Positions 1 through 13,074 of a stretch of DNA of 64,000 nt are shown piece after piece. A model generated the notes under the pieces. It searched no databases and was not told the DNA's origin. It worked only from the letters and a program-made list of their open reading frames with translations. The position numbers and the translations under genes were made by a program. Numbering within the stretch: position 1 is the stretch's first letter; every line of letters starts with the position of its first letter. Source of the stretch: the human T2T-CHM13v2.0 reference genome, Homo sapiens. Location: assembly GCF_009914755.1 (NCBI RefSeq), contig NC_060926.1, one strand, 5' to 3'.

Positions 1-59
1 GCGTTCACTATGGACCCGCAATTACATAAAGTAATATCTGTGCTTTATCTGTTTTAATC

Positions 60-205
60 TTTCAACTACCCTTTGAGCTAGGTTAATTAAACTGTGGATT
101 ATGAAAGTTAAATTCTGTGCTAAAAATCTTACTGTTAGGAAATGGTAGAGCCAGGACTCAAAATTCAGGCAGTATGAACACAAAGCCTGTAGTTCTAATC
201 CATGA
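60..205. mobile_element. MIR fragment
   Basis: MIR core-like 'aaatggtagagccaggactcaaaattcaggcagt'. Confidence 0.5.
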
Positions 206-406
206 TTTAATACTGCCTCCACTAAACTACCCTCAACCTTCATTTGTGAGGGAACAACCAAATAAAATACAGGAAATTACAAACAAGTGAGGTGGGCAGA
301 ACTGAATTGATATTAATTGAGTTGACCTTTGAAAAGACACCTGAAAGGAAAACCTCTGAAGACACAATTGCTCTAAGAATAACTAATCGATTAGTAAAAG
401 ATGTTA

Positions 407-482
407 TTAGGTTGTTGCAAAAGTAATTGCAGTTTTCAGCCATTAAAACAGCAAAACTGCAATTACTTTCACACCATCCTAA
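407..482. mobile_element. MADE1 MITE (Hsmar1-derived palindrome)
   Basis: ttaggttgttgcaaaagtaattgcagtttt...aaaactgcaattactttcacaccatcctaa; inverted arms; TA at 405-406 and 483-484. Confidence 0.92.
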
Positions 483-534
483 TACAATAGTTTCTTATTT
501 AGTGAGCACTAAGTAACACTTTGTGACTGGAATG

Positions 535-770
535 TTTTTTGAGATGGAGTCTCCCTCTATCGCCCAGGCTGGACTGCAAGCTCCGCCTCCCAGGTTCATG
601 CCATTCTCCTGCCTCAGCCTCCCGAGTAGCTGGGACTACAGGCACCTGCCACCACGCCTGGCTAATTTTTTGTACTTTTAGTAGAGACGGGGTTTCACTG
701 TGTTATCCAGGGTGGTCTCATTATCCAGGGTGGTCTCGATCTCCTGACCTTGTGATCCGCCCACCTCGGC
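535..770 (-). mobile_element. AluY/Sc-like, 5'-truncated, with internal deletion and 17-bp duplication
   Basis: Alu antisense sequence; candidate TSD ctggaat; ttatccagggtggtctc occurs twice. Confidence 0.9.
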
Positions 771-1534
771 TGGAATACCTACGTTTTTTACTGAGCCTAA
801 AAAGATTTAGACATCCATTCGATTGAAAGAGAAGATATATATATGACACAATGATACACAGATCCAGTATAATAATTTGGCCTGCCTCTGTTAGGGGTAA
901 GAATTAAATGCCTTCTAAAATTCTCTTTCTAAATAATCTGTGATCTCTAGTTTCAAATTTATTAATTTTACAAATTAGTCAATATTTTTACTTTCCTAAA
1001 TTTCTATAAAATAAAACCATACAGAGCCAGGTAAAAGAATTACGACATATAATGTATTAAATTTCAAATTCCACCCTCCTCCCCACAAATAAGAAAAAAA
1101 AAAAAGCCTGAGTAATTATACCTAATAAACACAGTAGCAGGAACGTCAACCTTTGAAAGAGAAAGGAGGCCAAAAAAATGTGTAACCATCTGGCAACCAT
1201 GCAGTATTTGAGAAAATGTTAGTGTTCTAATTGAAATCTAATTGAGTTTGATTTACTTGTCAAGATAATTGCTTCAGTATTAATTAAATATGTCTCCTGC
1301 AGCTGCACAGAAAGCTAAACCTTACATTCTGCTGATTATATAGGATACATATCGATCATTCAAGTCAACATTGCTAGGCTCATGTTACACCAAAAATAGC
1401 TCTCTGTATATTGATTATTAACATCTCAGATTCTGACATTAGTTATTTCTCAATAGATGAAGAATAACATTTCTGAAATCTTGAGAGGAAATTAGTGAGG
1501 CTACTTAAAGACTAGTCAGAAAACTATTCACCAT

Positions 1535-1745
1535 CAATAATATATATATATAAAGCATCTTACATAAATATATGTATATATAAATGATTGTATACATTAT
1601 GAGATTTTTACTTTTTTCTATGAAATTATATATAATTATACTCTATATCTAATATATAAAATATGTAGTAATATATAATATACGTAATATAATTATATAA
1701 GATAATATATAATAGGCATATATTTTATATATAATATATAATCAC
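1535..1745. repeat. AT-rich low-complexity (TA-type) tract
   Basis: tatata/aatata runs. Confidence 0.8.
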
Positions 1746-1765
1746 AAAGAAAAAAGGAAAAATTA

Positions 1766-1880
1766 GGACCACGCATGGTGGCTCACACCTGCAGTCCCAT
1801 CATTTTGATAGGCTGAGGTGGGAAGATCACTTGAGCCCAGGAGTTCAAGGCCAGCCTGGGCAACATTGTGAGACCTCAGT
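1766..1880 (+). mobile_element. FLAM / AluJ left monomer
   Basis: ggtggctcacacctg...gagcccaggagttcaaggccagcctgggcaaca, no right arm. Confidence 0.85.
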
Positions 1881-1976
1881 TATATATATTTTTTTTAATT
1901 TTTAAAAGAAAACATTACTCTTTTATAATCCTGTTGCCATTTTCCAGAAAGCAATATGTTAGAGCAGGAAAATACT

Positions 1977-2529
1977 ATAAATCATGCTGCTATAAAGACA
2001 CATGCACATGTATGTTTATTGCGGCTCTATTCGCAATAGCAAAGACCTGGAACCAACCCAAATGTCCAACAATGATAGACTGGATTAAGAAAATGTGGCA
2101 CATATACACCATGGAATACTATGCAGCCATAAAAAATGATGAGTTCATGTCCTTTGTAGGGACATGGATGAAATTGGAAATCATCATTCTCAGTAAACTA
2201 TCGCAAGAACAAAAAACCAAACACCGCATATTCTCACTCATAGGTGGGAATTGAACAATGAGAACACATGGACACAGGAAGGGGAACATCACACTCTGGG
2301 GACTGTTGTGGGGTGGGGGGAGGGGGGAGGGATAGCATTAGGAGATATACCTAATGCTAAATGACGAGTTAATGGGTGCAGCACACCAGCATGGCACATG
2401 AATACATATGTAACTAACCTGCACATTGTGCACATGTACCCTAAAACTTAAAGTATAATAATAATAAAATAAAATAAAAAAATAAAAAATATTGCCAGCA
2501 ACCCCCCCCCCCAAAAAGAAAGAAAGAAA
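1977..2529 (+). mobile_element. 5'-truncated L1PA4-like element (ORF2 C-terminus, 3'UTR, tail, extra 3' sequence)
   Basis: Translates [11 protein letters not shown]...[10 protein letters not shown]; 3'UTR gcattaggagatatacctaatgctaaatgacgagttaatggg; TSD gaaaatact at 1968-1976 and 2530-2538. Confidence 0.93.
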
Positions 2530-2865
2530 GAAAATACTGACGAGTTGAAAGAGATCTAAAAATCACTAATTTTGCCCCTAAATTATACCTCTAAAAGAGG
2601 TACAATATTAATTGACTGACCAAAGTTCTTGATTTGATACCTAACATTTGAAACTAACTTCTAAGTAAAGGCTTTATCAAATATATTTTTCCCATATATA
2701 TGCTTCATTGGGATACACCAAGCTTCCATAGCTATGATTACAGCAATGCTACAAATGAATCTAAATGGATATTAAGTATTAATAACAACAAAATGGTTGT
2801 AGGTCTGGTACAAGTACACTGGTTTGGAATAACCTTTGATAATGTATTATGGTACAATGTCATGA

Positions 2866-3160
<295 letters not shown>

Positions 3161-4249
3161 AATGTCATGAATTTTAAGGAATGCTTTTAGAGATCAGATT
3201 TTTCTCCAGCTTTCAATCTACATAGAAGTCTTTAACAACTGTCTTCCAACATGTCTTATTCCCAAAAGGTGTATATATCAAATCCCAAAGTTAGTTTCCT
3301 AATTTCTCTCAAATTTATAATTAGCAGGGTTAGACAAGACAAACCCAAAGGAAATAAACAACAATCACTTCGTGTTGCAGAAGAGAGGGAGACCTAGGTT
3401 TCAAAACTGATGTGTAGAGTTTAAGTCTGGTTTTGTCCTGTTATTTTTGGCTCCTCCAGAGATGTAAATTAAACAACTAAGTGTCTTTTTTTCCTTTATG
3501 GATTGTATGTGAAATGCTTAGATGCTGAGCACAGAGAAGAGAATGAGGAATCTTTTCTTTCTTTTCCTGATGATAAAACTTTATGCCAGAGCTATTGTAA
3601 ATTTTCAGTCCAAAAATACAGTGCCCAACAGCTATTATCACCCATACATCAAGACTGCCACAAATGTTCCATCCACAAAAATCTCTCAGGAAGTTAGTAG
3701 GCTTTATGATTTTATAGGTTAATTAAAGCGAAAAACTGAGCATGTTTTCTTGGGCTTTATTCTACATGAACTATGTCAAATATTTTCCAATAAAGAGACA
3801 GGAATACTGATTGAAAACATGTAATACCACGCATAAATAGTAATAAATAATTAACTCATTCTCATTATTTACACATATTTATCTTTTGAAAATTTGTAGC
3901 CCATATAGAACCAAGTCTAAATCCTACCTGTGCAAGTCTTTCACAAATTAACCATACTTCTGCTAATACCCTTCCTTAGGAGAACAAGTATGGTTTTCCA
4001 ACTTACGTGAGACACATATTCAGTGTCCAGAATTACTGAATCAATTATTCAAACAAGTAAACAGATTTTAGTAATCACTCTATTAAAATGCTAGAAGAAG
4101 TTTATGCAAAACTCCCTATGATTACTTACTTCAATAGATGGGGAATATGGAGGTCAATTTAAAAATTAAAGCATACATACTATTAATAACTGCATGCTAA
4201 CTTATTCAAAACTGTCAAGAATTTTTTTAATTCTTTAAATTTATAGATT

Positions 4250-5650
4250 TTTTTAAAGGGCAAACTAAAAAGAAAAATCAGGCAGACATCAGACTTCTAC
4301 CATAAATGCAAGAAGACAATGGAGGAAGATACATTCTGAAGAGAAAAAAACATGTGGCACAAGATTTCTATATTTAAGAAAGTTGTTACCTGTAAAAGAA
4401 GGGGAAAAAAAGAAAAAGAAGTCTTCAGATTTACGGTGGTTCCAAAACAATTCCATTCACATAAACTCCATTTAATGTAAATGTATTGAAAAAGTACATG
4501 TATTCAAAGATGCACTCCAGTCAAACACAAAACAAATCAAAATAAGAACCTAAAAATAGAGAAACTCCAGTATCCAACGCCTGGCAATAAGCACTAAAAT
4601 ATTTAATTTAAAAAATTCAAAATAATTATTGAAAACATGATGACCAAAATTACAAATTGCACTTTTAGTAGAAAATGCTTTTCAAATTTATCATATTGAG
4701 CTAGTTAACCATCCCTGAGATATTTTGCAAAGCCTTCCCATTTAAACTTCCGTAATTTCTTTTAGAATATCTTAATCTATAAAACTAAATAGACCTAAAG
4801 AAGATCAGAATAAATGAAGTTACAGACCATGTTCCTAGATAGGATGCCTCTATTGTAAATATGTCAATTAATCCAGTAATTAAATTAGAAATAGAATGTA
4901 ATTCCTTTGAAGGTTTTATCACTGTTTCTTTGAAATGTGACACTTTTTAAGGAAATGTTGGAAATAAAAAAATAAATAGACTAAAATGCCTAAAAATGCC
5001 CAAAAACATTTTGAACTGAAGAATAATGACAGGGAAACTAAAATATCTGATGTTAAAATATACTATAAAGCAATGATGGTTATAACAGTATGCAATAAAC
5101 AGGAGAGAAAAACTAATAGAACACAAAGCCCACGAACAGCCGAAGTAAATAAAAGTAGCATTTCAAATTAGTAGGAAAAAGTTTAATTGTTCAATAAATG
5201 AGAAAACTGGATAATCTTTTGTGAAAACATATATTATCAGATTTCTATCTCATACTAAAAACTATATTGTAAGAAAATAAAGGAGAATAACTAATTGTAA
5301 AATGAAGAAAGACTTCAAACAGAAAACAAAGAAAAAGTTTAAAAGACATGATTACATAAAACTAAAGCTTCACATCTATGCAAGGAATAAAAAAAGGTAA
5401 TTCACAAAAAAAGAAATAAAACAGTCAAAAAATTGCAAATTGAAACAGTAAGGTATAAATGTTTCCTTTTTATTTTAGAAAAAGTTTATTTGAAAAACAC
5501 AGCTAACCAACAGACTGGATAAAAAGCTCCCCCCTTATTGAGTAAGGGTGAAAGTCAAAATTCTTCTTTGAAGAATATTCATTATAGTTGATTTTAAAAT
5601 AATTTAAAAATCCATAAAACTGCCGCTCAGAGATGACTACTACTATCAGT
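4250..5650 (+). mobile_element. Degraded L1M (L1ME-type) fragments
   Basis: ORF1/ORF2-like remnants, e.g. translation KISDVKIYYKAMMVITV resembles ORF2 '[15 protein letters not shown]'. Confidence 0.6.
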
Positions 5651-5750
5651 TGATATATGTACTTTAAGTCATTTTTAGTGGTGTGTAAGTGTATGTGTAT
5701 ACACAAACATATATGAATATAAACATACACTAAATATTTATAACTTCACT

Positions 5751-6054
<304 letters not shown>

Positions 6055-6129
6055 AACTTAACTTATTTTTTAAGACTAGATCATCAATATCTATTTTATT
6101 GACTACTTAACCATATTACCACAACTGTC

Positions 6130-6442
<313 letters not shown>

Positions 6443-6453
6443 TAATATTAGGT

Positions 6454-6469
6454 CTTTCCTCTTTCCTTT

Positions 6470-6502
<33 letters not shown>
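6454..6502. repeat. Pyrimidine tract ending in T31
   Basis: Uninterrupted T run at 6472-6502. Confidence 0.9.
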
Positions 6503-6503
<1 letters not shown>

Positions 6504-6519
6504 TGGAGCTTTTGAGCAA

Positions 6520-6725
6520 TTCTCCTGGCTGGAATATGGGTAGGACAACTGAAACTCAAATAGCCGTCTTGGAACTGGAGGTAGTACTGACAAAAAGAAA
6601 AAGTTGGGGTCTCTGATGATTTTGTGGAATAGTCATTACACTAGACTTAGAGAATCTACCATAAGAAATTCACATAAGAGAAAAATAAAGCACTCGATAC
6701 ATATTAGCTATTATTATGTCTGAAA
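6520..6725 (+). mobile_element. Old MLT1-type LTR fragment
   Basis: ctggctggaatatg...gccgtcttgg...ggggtctctgatgattttgtggaa resembles the MLT1J/K/L body. Confidence 0.45.
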
Positions 6726-8149
6726 TGCATTTACTTTTTTTAATGTTCACAATATACTACTTGACTTTAAAAGCTAATCACATAAAGAATCACAAAAACA
6801 CACACTGAAACTATATCAGTGGTCACTTCTAAGTATTAATTATATACAATTTTCCTTTATTTTTATTGCCCAGCTGTTCTGTATTGAGCAAGAATTATTC
6901 TCATAATTTGAAGAAATATATATATATATAATTAAAATAAAGCACTACATATTGGAAAATAAAGTTCAGAGAACAGGTTAATATCCAGTCCAGCTCTTTA
7001 AGTTCTTTCTTCATTAAACCATACTGAAGGTAACAGAGAAACATCTTCAAAGAACCAATTTAGATATGCCCTTGATCTTAAAAGGATCAATCTACTCTGA
7101 ATTAATTGGAGCAGACAGAAGAAACAGGAAAGGAAAGAAATCAAAGATAATTACATACTATATAAAAACTAGGGGAAAAAAACTAAAAACTAGTAAAAAA
7201 AAAAAAAAAAAAAAAGGATAAAATCAACTTAACAATGTAACAACCAAAAAAAGCTCAATAATTTACAGGGACCAAAAATACTTTTCTTAATGTTAAGTGC
7301 ACCAAACATTTTTCTTTCTGTTAAAATAATTTGTAATTGTTCTTAGTGTCATGGCTGAAGTCTAAGTTTTTCAAATATTATAATGGATCCAAGGAAGAGC
7401 AAATCAACTAATTCCTCTATCAGTGATCATCTCTAAATATAAATTATATATAACTAATCACTCTGACACTATAGTACTAGAGTCAACATAGAGCTTCCAC
7501 TTGCCTTCCCTACACAACTGGCCATTTGAATGTTATCATTCTAATTGACAAGAAACTGAGAAAGAGAAGAGAGCTACAAAAACACTTTCTAGTAAGCGTA
7601 TATACTTCTATTGAGAGTTAGTATTTTCATTTTTCACAAATATAGTTTTATTATTTTATACCATAATTATAATGGACCCCACTCCATAATCAGGAGTTAC
7701 TTTTAGATAAAAACAAATAAACAAAAATCCTCTGCATTCTCTTAAAATGGCCAGATGAAAAAGACACACTTGTTTTTATCAGATAATGATAAAAATTATA
7801 CAAACCATGATGTCTTTTTACAGAAAATTCAGAGTAAAGCACGAAATATAGTACATTTCTTAAATCAGTTTCCTGGTATTTATTTCCTCTTCCGCTTAGT
7901 CGTACCTCCTATCCACCATCATTTTCATTACCATATTACTGTTCATTTAACTCCAGTATTTATAGTCTGTCTTTTCCCAGACAGTATCTCAAATTATTTT
8001 TGGAAGTAGGTAGAAACATACAATGAATTAATAAACTGGAATATCCACAATATGAAAACAATACAGTCTTTTGACTACATTTTAATTTACAAAACAGCCT
8101 AAAATGAGATATTATACTCCCATCTGAAGAAGATAAAGTCACACAAGAA

Positions 8150-8224
8150 GCAAATAACTCTCATGAGATCTCTAGCAAATAACTGTCATGGGATCTCTTG
8201 CAAGTAACTCTCATGGGATCTCTT
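8150..8224. repeat. 25-bp tandem repeat x3
   Basis: gcaaataactctcatg(a/g)gatctct(a/t) at 8150, 8175, 8200. Confidence 0.92.
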
Positions 8225-10904
8225 GGTTGAATCAACTGACCTCAAAAAAAGAAGACCCCTAATCTCTTGCTCTATGTTAGGCAAAAACCTTTCCATCTAC
8301 TCATGATTCACTTTACACTGAACTCCTACAATTTTTTATTCCAAATCCTCATTATTTTATCTTAAGAAAATTGAAGAACTGTGTTAACAGCTATATTTTA
8401 TTTCCCCAAGTCTATATAAGGAATCTGTATCTTGCTATACAACTGCAGACAGGCTTCTATGAGGGTTTTGTTGTTGTTGTTTGTTTTGATTGGGGTTTTT
8501 TGCATCCAAAATTTCACTATTGCAGTGACCACAGTGTTGGAAAATGGCTCCTAAGCTGGAACCAGAACAAGATTTCAAAAAATTTATAAATAATCATTTC
8601 AAGAACACATCTTTCCCTATTTTATCCTGCAAAGACAATATTTTATTCAGGAACCACAAACTGTCAACTTCTCAGCATACCCAAAATCCCACTTAGCTCT
8701 GTATTGTAAACAGTATAGTATTTCACTACCACATCAATAAATACAATTCTTAAAAGAATCATTTTTATGTTTGATTCACATTTGTTGTGCATATGCCAAT
8801 GAACCTAAGGTATTTGTAATGTTAGACTCTTAAAATCTTTAGCTTACAAAAGGGTCAAGCAATCCAAAAACAGCAAAAGGTCTATCCCATGGAGACAAGT
8901 ATGGACAAAATCTAAAATAAGGAATCACAGCATAAACTGGTATGATCGTCTGTTGTACTAATCCACCTTACTCTCTCCTTACATCAATCCTCTTTTTTTT
9001 TTTACAGTGAGTGTAAAGGACTGGCTATTAAAATACAGTCTACTAAATAGGGAGTACTATCCTAATGTTTTAAAACCATGATTTACCTCATCAAAAAGCT
9101 GGAAAAAAAAAAATAAAGCCATTGGTAATTTAACAATCTTGAATGGAGTGAACAAAAAATACTTATTGTACATATTTCTAGTGACATCTGTAGAAGAGTA
9201 TTAAGAAAGCATTATCCTTTCTCAGCCTTAGGAAAATTAGTCTTTTCTATTCTCCTAAATTAATAAGAACAGTATAGAAATAAAACACTTTCTAATGGCA
9301 CAGATAAAGAAGAATTACCTGTTGTGTCATCAGAATTTTGCTCAGAAGCAGAATACAAAAATTATCCTCATTCAATGTCTCCTAACAAAACTTTGTCTCC
9401 ACCAATGCATTTGATTATTAATTATCCTATCAGAGAATATTCTCAATTATAACTATGGCAACATCAAGAGAACATTTATTCTGTAATTATTTGGTCTACA
9501 CACAAGAGAGTGTGATTTAGCTCATTTCCTGTAAACTTTCTTTAATGGAGTCTAATTTCAGGTAAAATGAGGTAAGTATATTGAAACTTCTCTAAATAGT
9601 TATAAAATGATGACAGAAGTATTGGAGCAGCTATTTAAAGACTCTGAAAAAGTAAATCATAGTAGGTAGATTGAGGAAGAAGACCAGAAGTTGAAGTATT
9701 ACACAATTGGCACTAAGTTTACCTTTTTTTTTTTTTCCTTCTGGTATCTCCTAGCCTGGACTCAATGTACCAGTGACTTGGAAGTAGGCAATGAAACTCC
9801 AAGACCAGTTGTCTAGTTCTGGCTCAAGGAGCAGAAAAGGAACACCTAATGCACAGAGAAAATAAAGAAATGCCCTTTTTTCTCTTTCTTTTCTCTATCT
9901 CACCATAGCCCAGTAGCAATCTCTAGGCAAAAGTGGCACTGGCCACTAAAGAGAGCCCACAGGAGCTCAAACTCTAAGGGAGGAAAACCTTTCTCCCCAC
10001 TCTGGAGCTATAGGGCCAAGAGGGTGCATCCAAACCCCAGTTATTTTTCCTTTCTCTCTGTCCTCCCAGAGTTTACCTTGGGATGAAGGGGCAATTGGAG
10101 AAGTCCACACCAAAGTGAAGTAACAAAAGACCCACCTTTCTAGCCAGAGGACAAAAAAGAAAAGCAGCAGGAAACTGAAAATCAATGGCACATAAAGATT
10201 ACGAAGAAAAAAAACTAAATTGTCCGTACTCACAGATAACGTAATTATCCATGCTGAATATACCAAGGAATCTCAAAAAAAAAAAAAAAAAACCTACAAC
10301 AAATAAGTGAGTTTGACAAGCTTGTACAATATAGGGTCAATATCAATATCATAAATATCAACAATACTTCTATAAACTGGAAATAAACAATTTAAAACCA
10401 AAAAATTCTAAAATCATTTATAACAGCTCAAAAAATATGAAATAATTGATATGAATCTAACAAAACATACACATGATTTAGATAATAAAAACTACGAAAT
10501 GCTAATTGAAGAAATAAATTTGTGTACTACACAAATTCAGCTACAGATTCGATGCAATTGCAATTAAAATCCCAGCAGGAATTTTTATAGATAGAAACAA
10601 GCTGATTCTAGAATTTATATAGAGAAGCAAAGAAACCAGAATGTTAAAAACAATTATTAAAAAGAAGAATAAAGTGAGAGGAATTACACTATTAAATTTT
10701 AAGATTTATTTTAAAGCTACAGTAATCAAGACACTGTACCACTGGGAAAGGGATAGATACCAGTGATACTAATCGACATCAGTAGAACAGAACTGACATT
10801 GCAAAAATAGATTCACACTAATATAGCCAGTTGATTTTTGACAAAACTGAAAAACAATTCAATAGAGAAGTAATAGTTTATTAATTATATGGTGTTGGAA
10901 CAAT

Positions 10905-11068
10905 TGGAAAAGAAAGAAACTGGGGAAAGGAAGGAGGGGAGAAAGAAAGAAGAAAGGAAAGAAGGAAGGAAGGGAGGAAAGGGAGGGGGAGGGACGGGGG
11001 AGGGAAGGAGAGAAGGGGGGAGGGGGGAAAGGAAGAGAGGAAGTTGAGGAAAGAGAGAAAGAGAAGAA
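10905..11068. repeat. Polypurine (GA-rich) tract
   Basis: About 160 nt almost entirely A/G with several G runs. Confidence 0.9.
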
Positions 11069-11651
11069 ACCTTGAACTAAATCTTACACCTCACATGAAA
11101 ATTAACTGAAAATTGCTCATAGATCCAATTGTAAAACCTGCATTTGGAAGAAAATCTTCATGTCCTAGCATAAGACAAAAAGTTCTTAGACATGACACCA
11201 AAATCATGATCCACTTTCTAAAAACTGATAAATTGAACTTCATGTTTTGTTCTACAAAAGACACGGTTAAAAAGCAAACTACTGAGTGGAAAAAGATATC
11301 TGCAAATCACATATCTGGCAAAGGACTTGTATCCAGAATACATAAACAACTCCCACAATTCTAAAGTAAGAAACAAACAATCCAATTTAAAAGTGGGAAA
11401 AATGTTTGAATAGACACTTCACCAAAGAGTACAACTGAATGTAAAATAAATACGATGAAAAGATGCTCAAGATCCTTAGCCATTAAAGAAATGCAAATTA
11501 AAACCACAATAACCTATCACTACACATATAAAACCTAGGGGAAAAAGCCAACAATACCAAGTGCTAAGTGAGGATACTGAGCAACTGGAATGCTCAGATA
11601 TTGTTGGTGGAAATGCAAAATGGCCCAGCCATTCTGAAAAACCGTTTAGCC

Positions 11652-11922
11652 TTTTTTTTTTTGAGACGGAGTCTCACTTTCACCAGGCTGGAATCGCAGT
11701 GGCACGATCTCAGCTCACCACAACCTCCGACTCCCTAGTTCAAGTGATTCTCCTGCCTCAGCCTCCCAAGTAGCTGGGATCACAGGCATGCTAATTTTTG
11801 TATTTTTAGTAGAGATAGGGTTTCATGTTGGCAAGGATGTTCTCAATCTCCTGACCTTGTGATCTGCCCACCTCAGCCTCCCAAAGTGCTGGGATTACAG
11901 GCATGAGCCACCCCACCCGGCC
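11652..11922 (-). mobile_element. AluS-like with small internal deletions, inside L1M
   Basis: Antisense Alu; caggcatg|ctaatttt junction; TSD-like tagcc. Confidence 0.9.
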
Positions 11923-12519
11923 TAGCCATTTCTTAAAAAAGTAAAACTGCACCTACCCTAAGACCCAGCGATCTCATTCCACAGTATTTACCATAGATAA
12001 ATAGAAACATATTAACTGGAAACAAACCAAATGCCAATCAACAGCCAATTCTATAAACAACTTGTAATACATCCTTACAATGGAGTAATACTCAACAATA
12101 AAAAGGAATAAACTATTGACACACACAATAATTTGGATTGATATCAGAGGTATTCTGCTGAATGAAAGAAGCCAGTCTCAAAAGTGTACATATGTATAAT
12201 ATATGTCCCATTCTCAAGGAGACAGAACTATGGTGACAGAGAACAGATAAGTTATTTTCAGGATGTAGTGAAAAACATGTGACTATAAAGGAATAGCACA
12301 GGGAGTTTTAGAAATCGATAAAAAATATATAAATAGCTAGAAAGCCTTAGCTATGAAGGTTTTCTTGAAGAAGCTTGAAAATTACAAAACACTTCTAAAT
12401 AATATACGGGTCAAAGTGGAGTCTCAGGAGAAATTCGAAAATATTTTCAACTAAATGAAAATGAAACCACAACTTGTAGGATGCAGTAAAACCTGTGCTT
12501 ACAAAGAAATTTAAAGCTG

Positions 12520-12930
12520 TTTGATTCCAAATGTATTACATTTTGGATAAGGCAAAATTATGGAGATAGTAAAAAGATTAGTGGTTGTCAGGGACTGGGA
12601 AAGGGAGGGGGAGGGATGAAGAGGTGGAATACATAGGACTTTTAGGGCAGTGAAACTATTCCATAATATTGCTATGGTATATGTCATTATATATTTCTTA
12701 AGAACTATAGAATATACAATGCAAAAGGTAAACCCTAATGTAAGCTATAGCTTTAGTTAATAATAATGCATCAATATTGGCTCATCAATTATAAAAAAAA
12801 GTATTACACTAATGCATGATGTTAATAACAGGGGAAACTGCCTCAGGGTGAAGGTGAAGGGGTATTTGAGAACTCTGTACTTTCCCTTCAACTTTTCTGT
12901 AAACCTAAAACCATCCTAAAAAATAAAGTC
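12520..12930 (+). mobile_element. L1MC1/2-type 3' end (continues at about 18011-18045)
   Basis: ggcaaaattatggagatagtaaaaagattagtggttg...ctgtaaacctaaaaccatcctaaaaaataaagtc. Confidence 0.8.
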
Positions 12931-13074
12931 AACCAGGAATGGTAGTTCACGGCTGCAATCCCAATACTCTGGGAGACGAGGCAGGAAGATGGTTTGAACA
13001 TAGCAGTTTGAGGCCAGCCTGGGCAACATAGCAAGACCCCATATCAACAAAATAATTTTTTTAAATTAGCCAGG
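12931..13074 (+). mobile_element. AluJ left arm (split by L1)
   Basis: Left monomer, linker and start of right arm aaattagccagg. Confidence 0.85.

Larger units (their letters stand above)
9560..12330 (+). mobile_element. Degraded L1MC/MD-type element (5' fragment, ORF2 3' part, 3'UTR)
   Basis: ORF2-like translation KKQTTEWKKISANHISGKGLVSRIHKQL; L1M 3'UTR motifs. Confidence 0.75.

Noticed and set aside
539-826. Numerous 60-160 aa ORFs with LSPRLECSG / [11 protein letters not shown] / [11 protein letters not shown] motifs (here and throughout)
   Set aside because: Standard Alu translation artefacts
8150-8224. CRISPR-like repeat
   Set aside because: Head-to-tail copies without spacers, no cas genes, primate context
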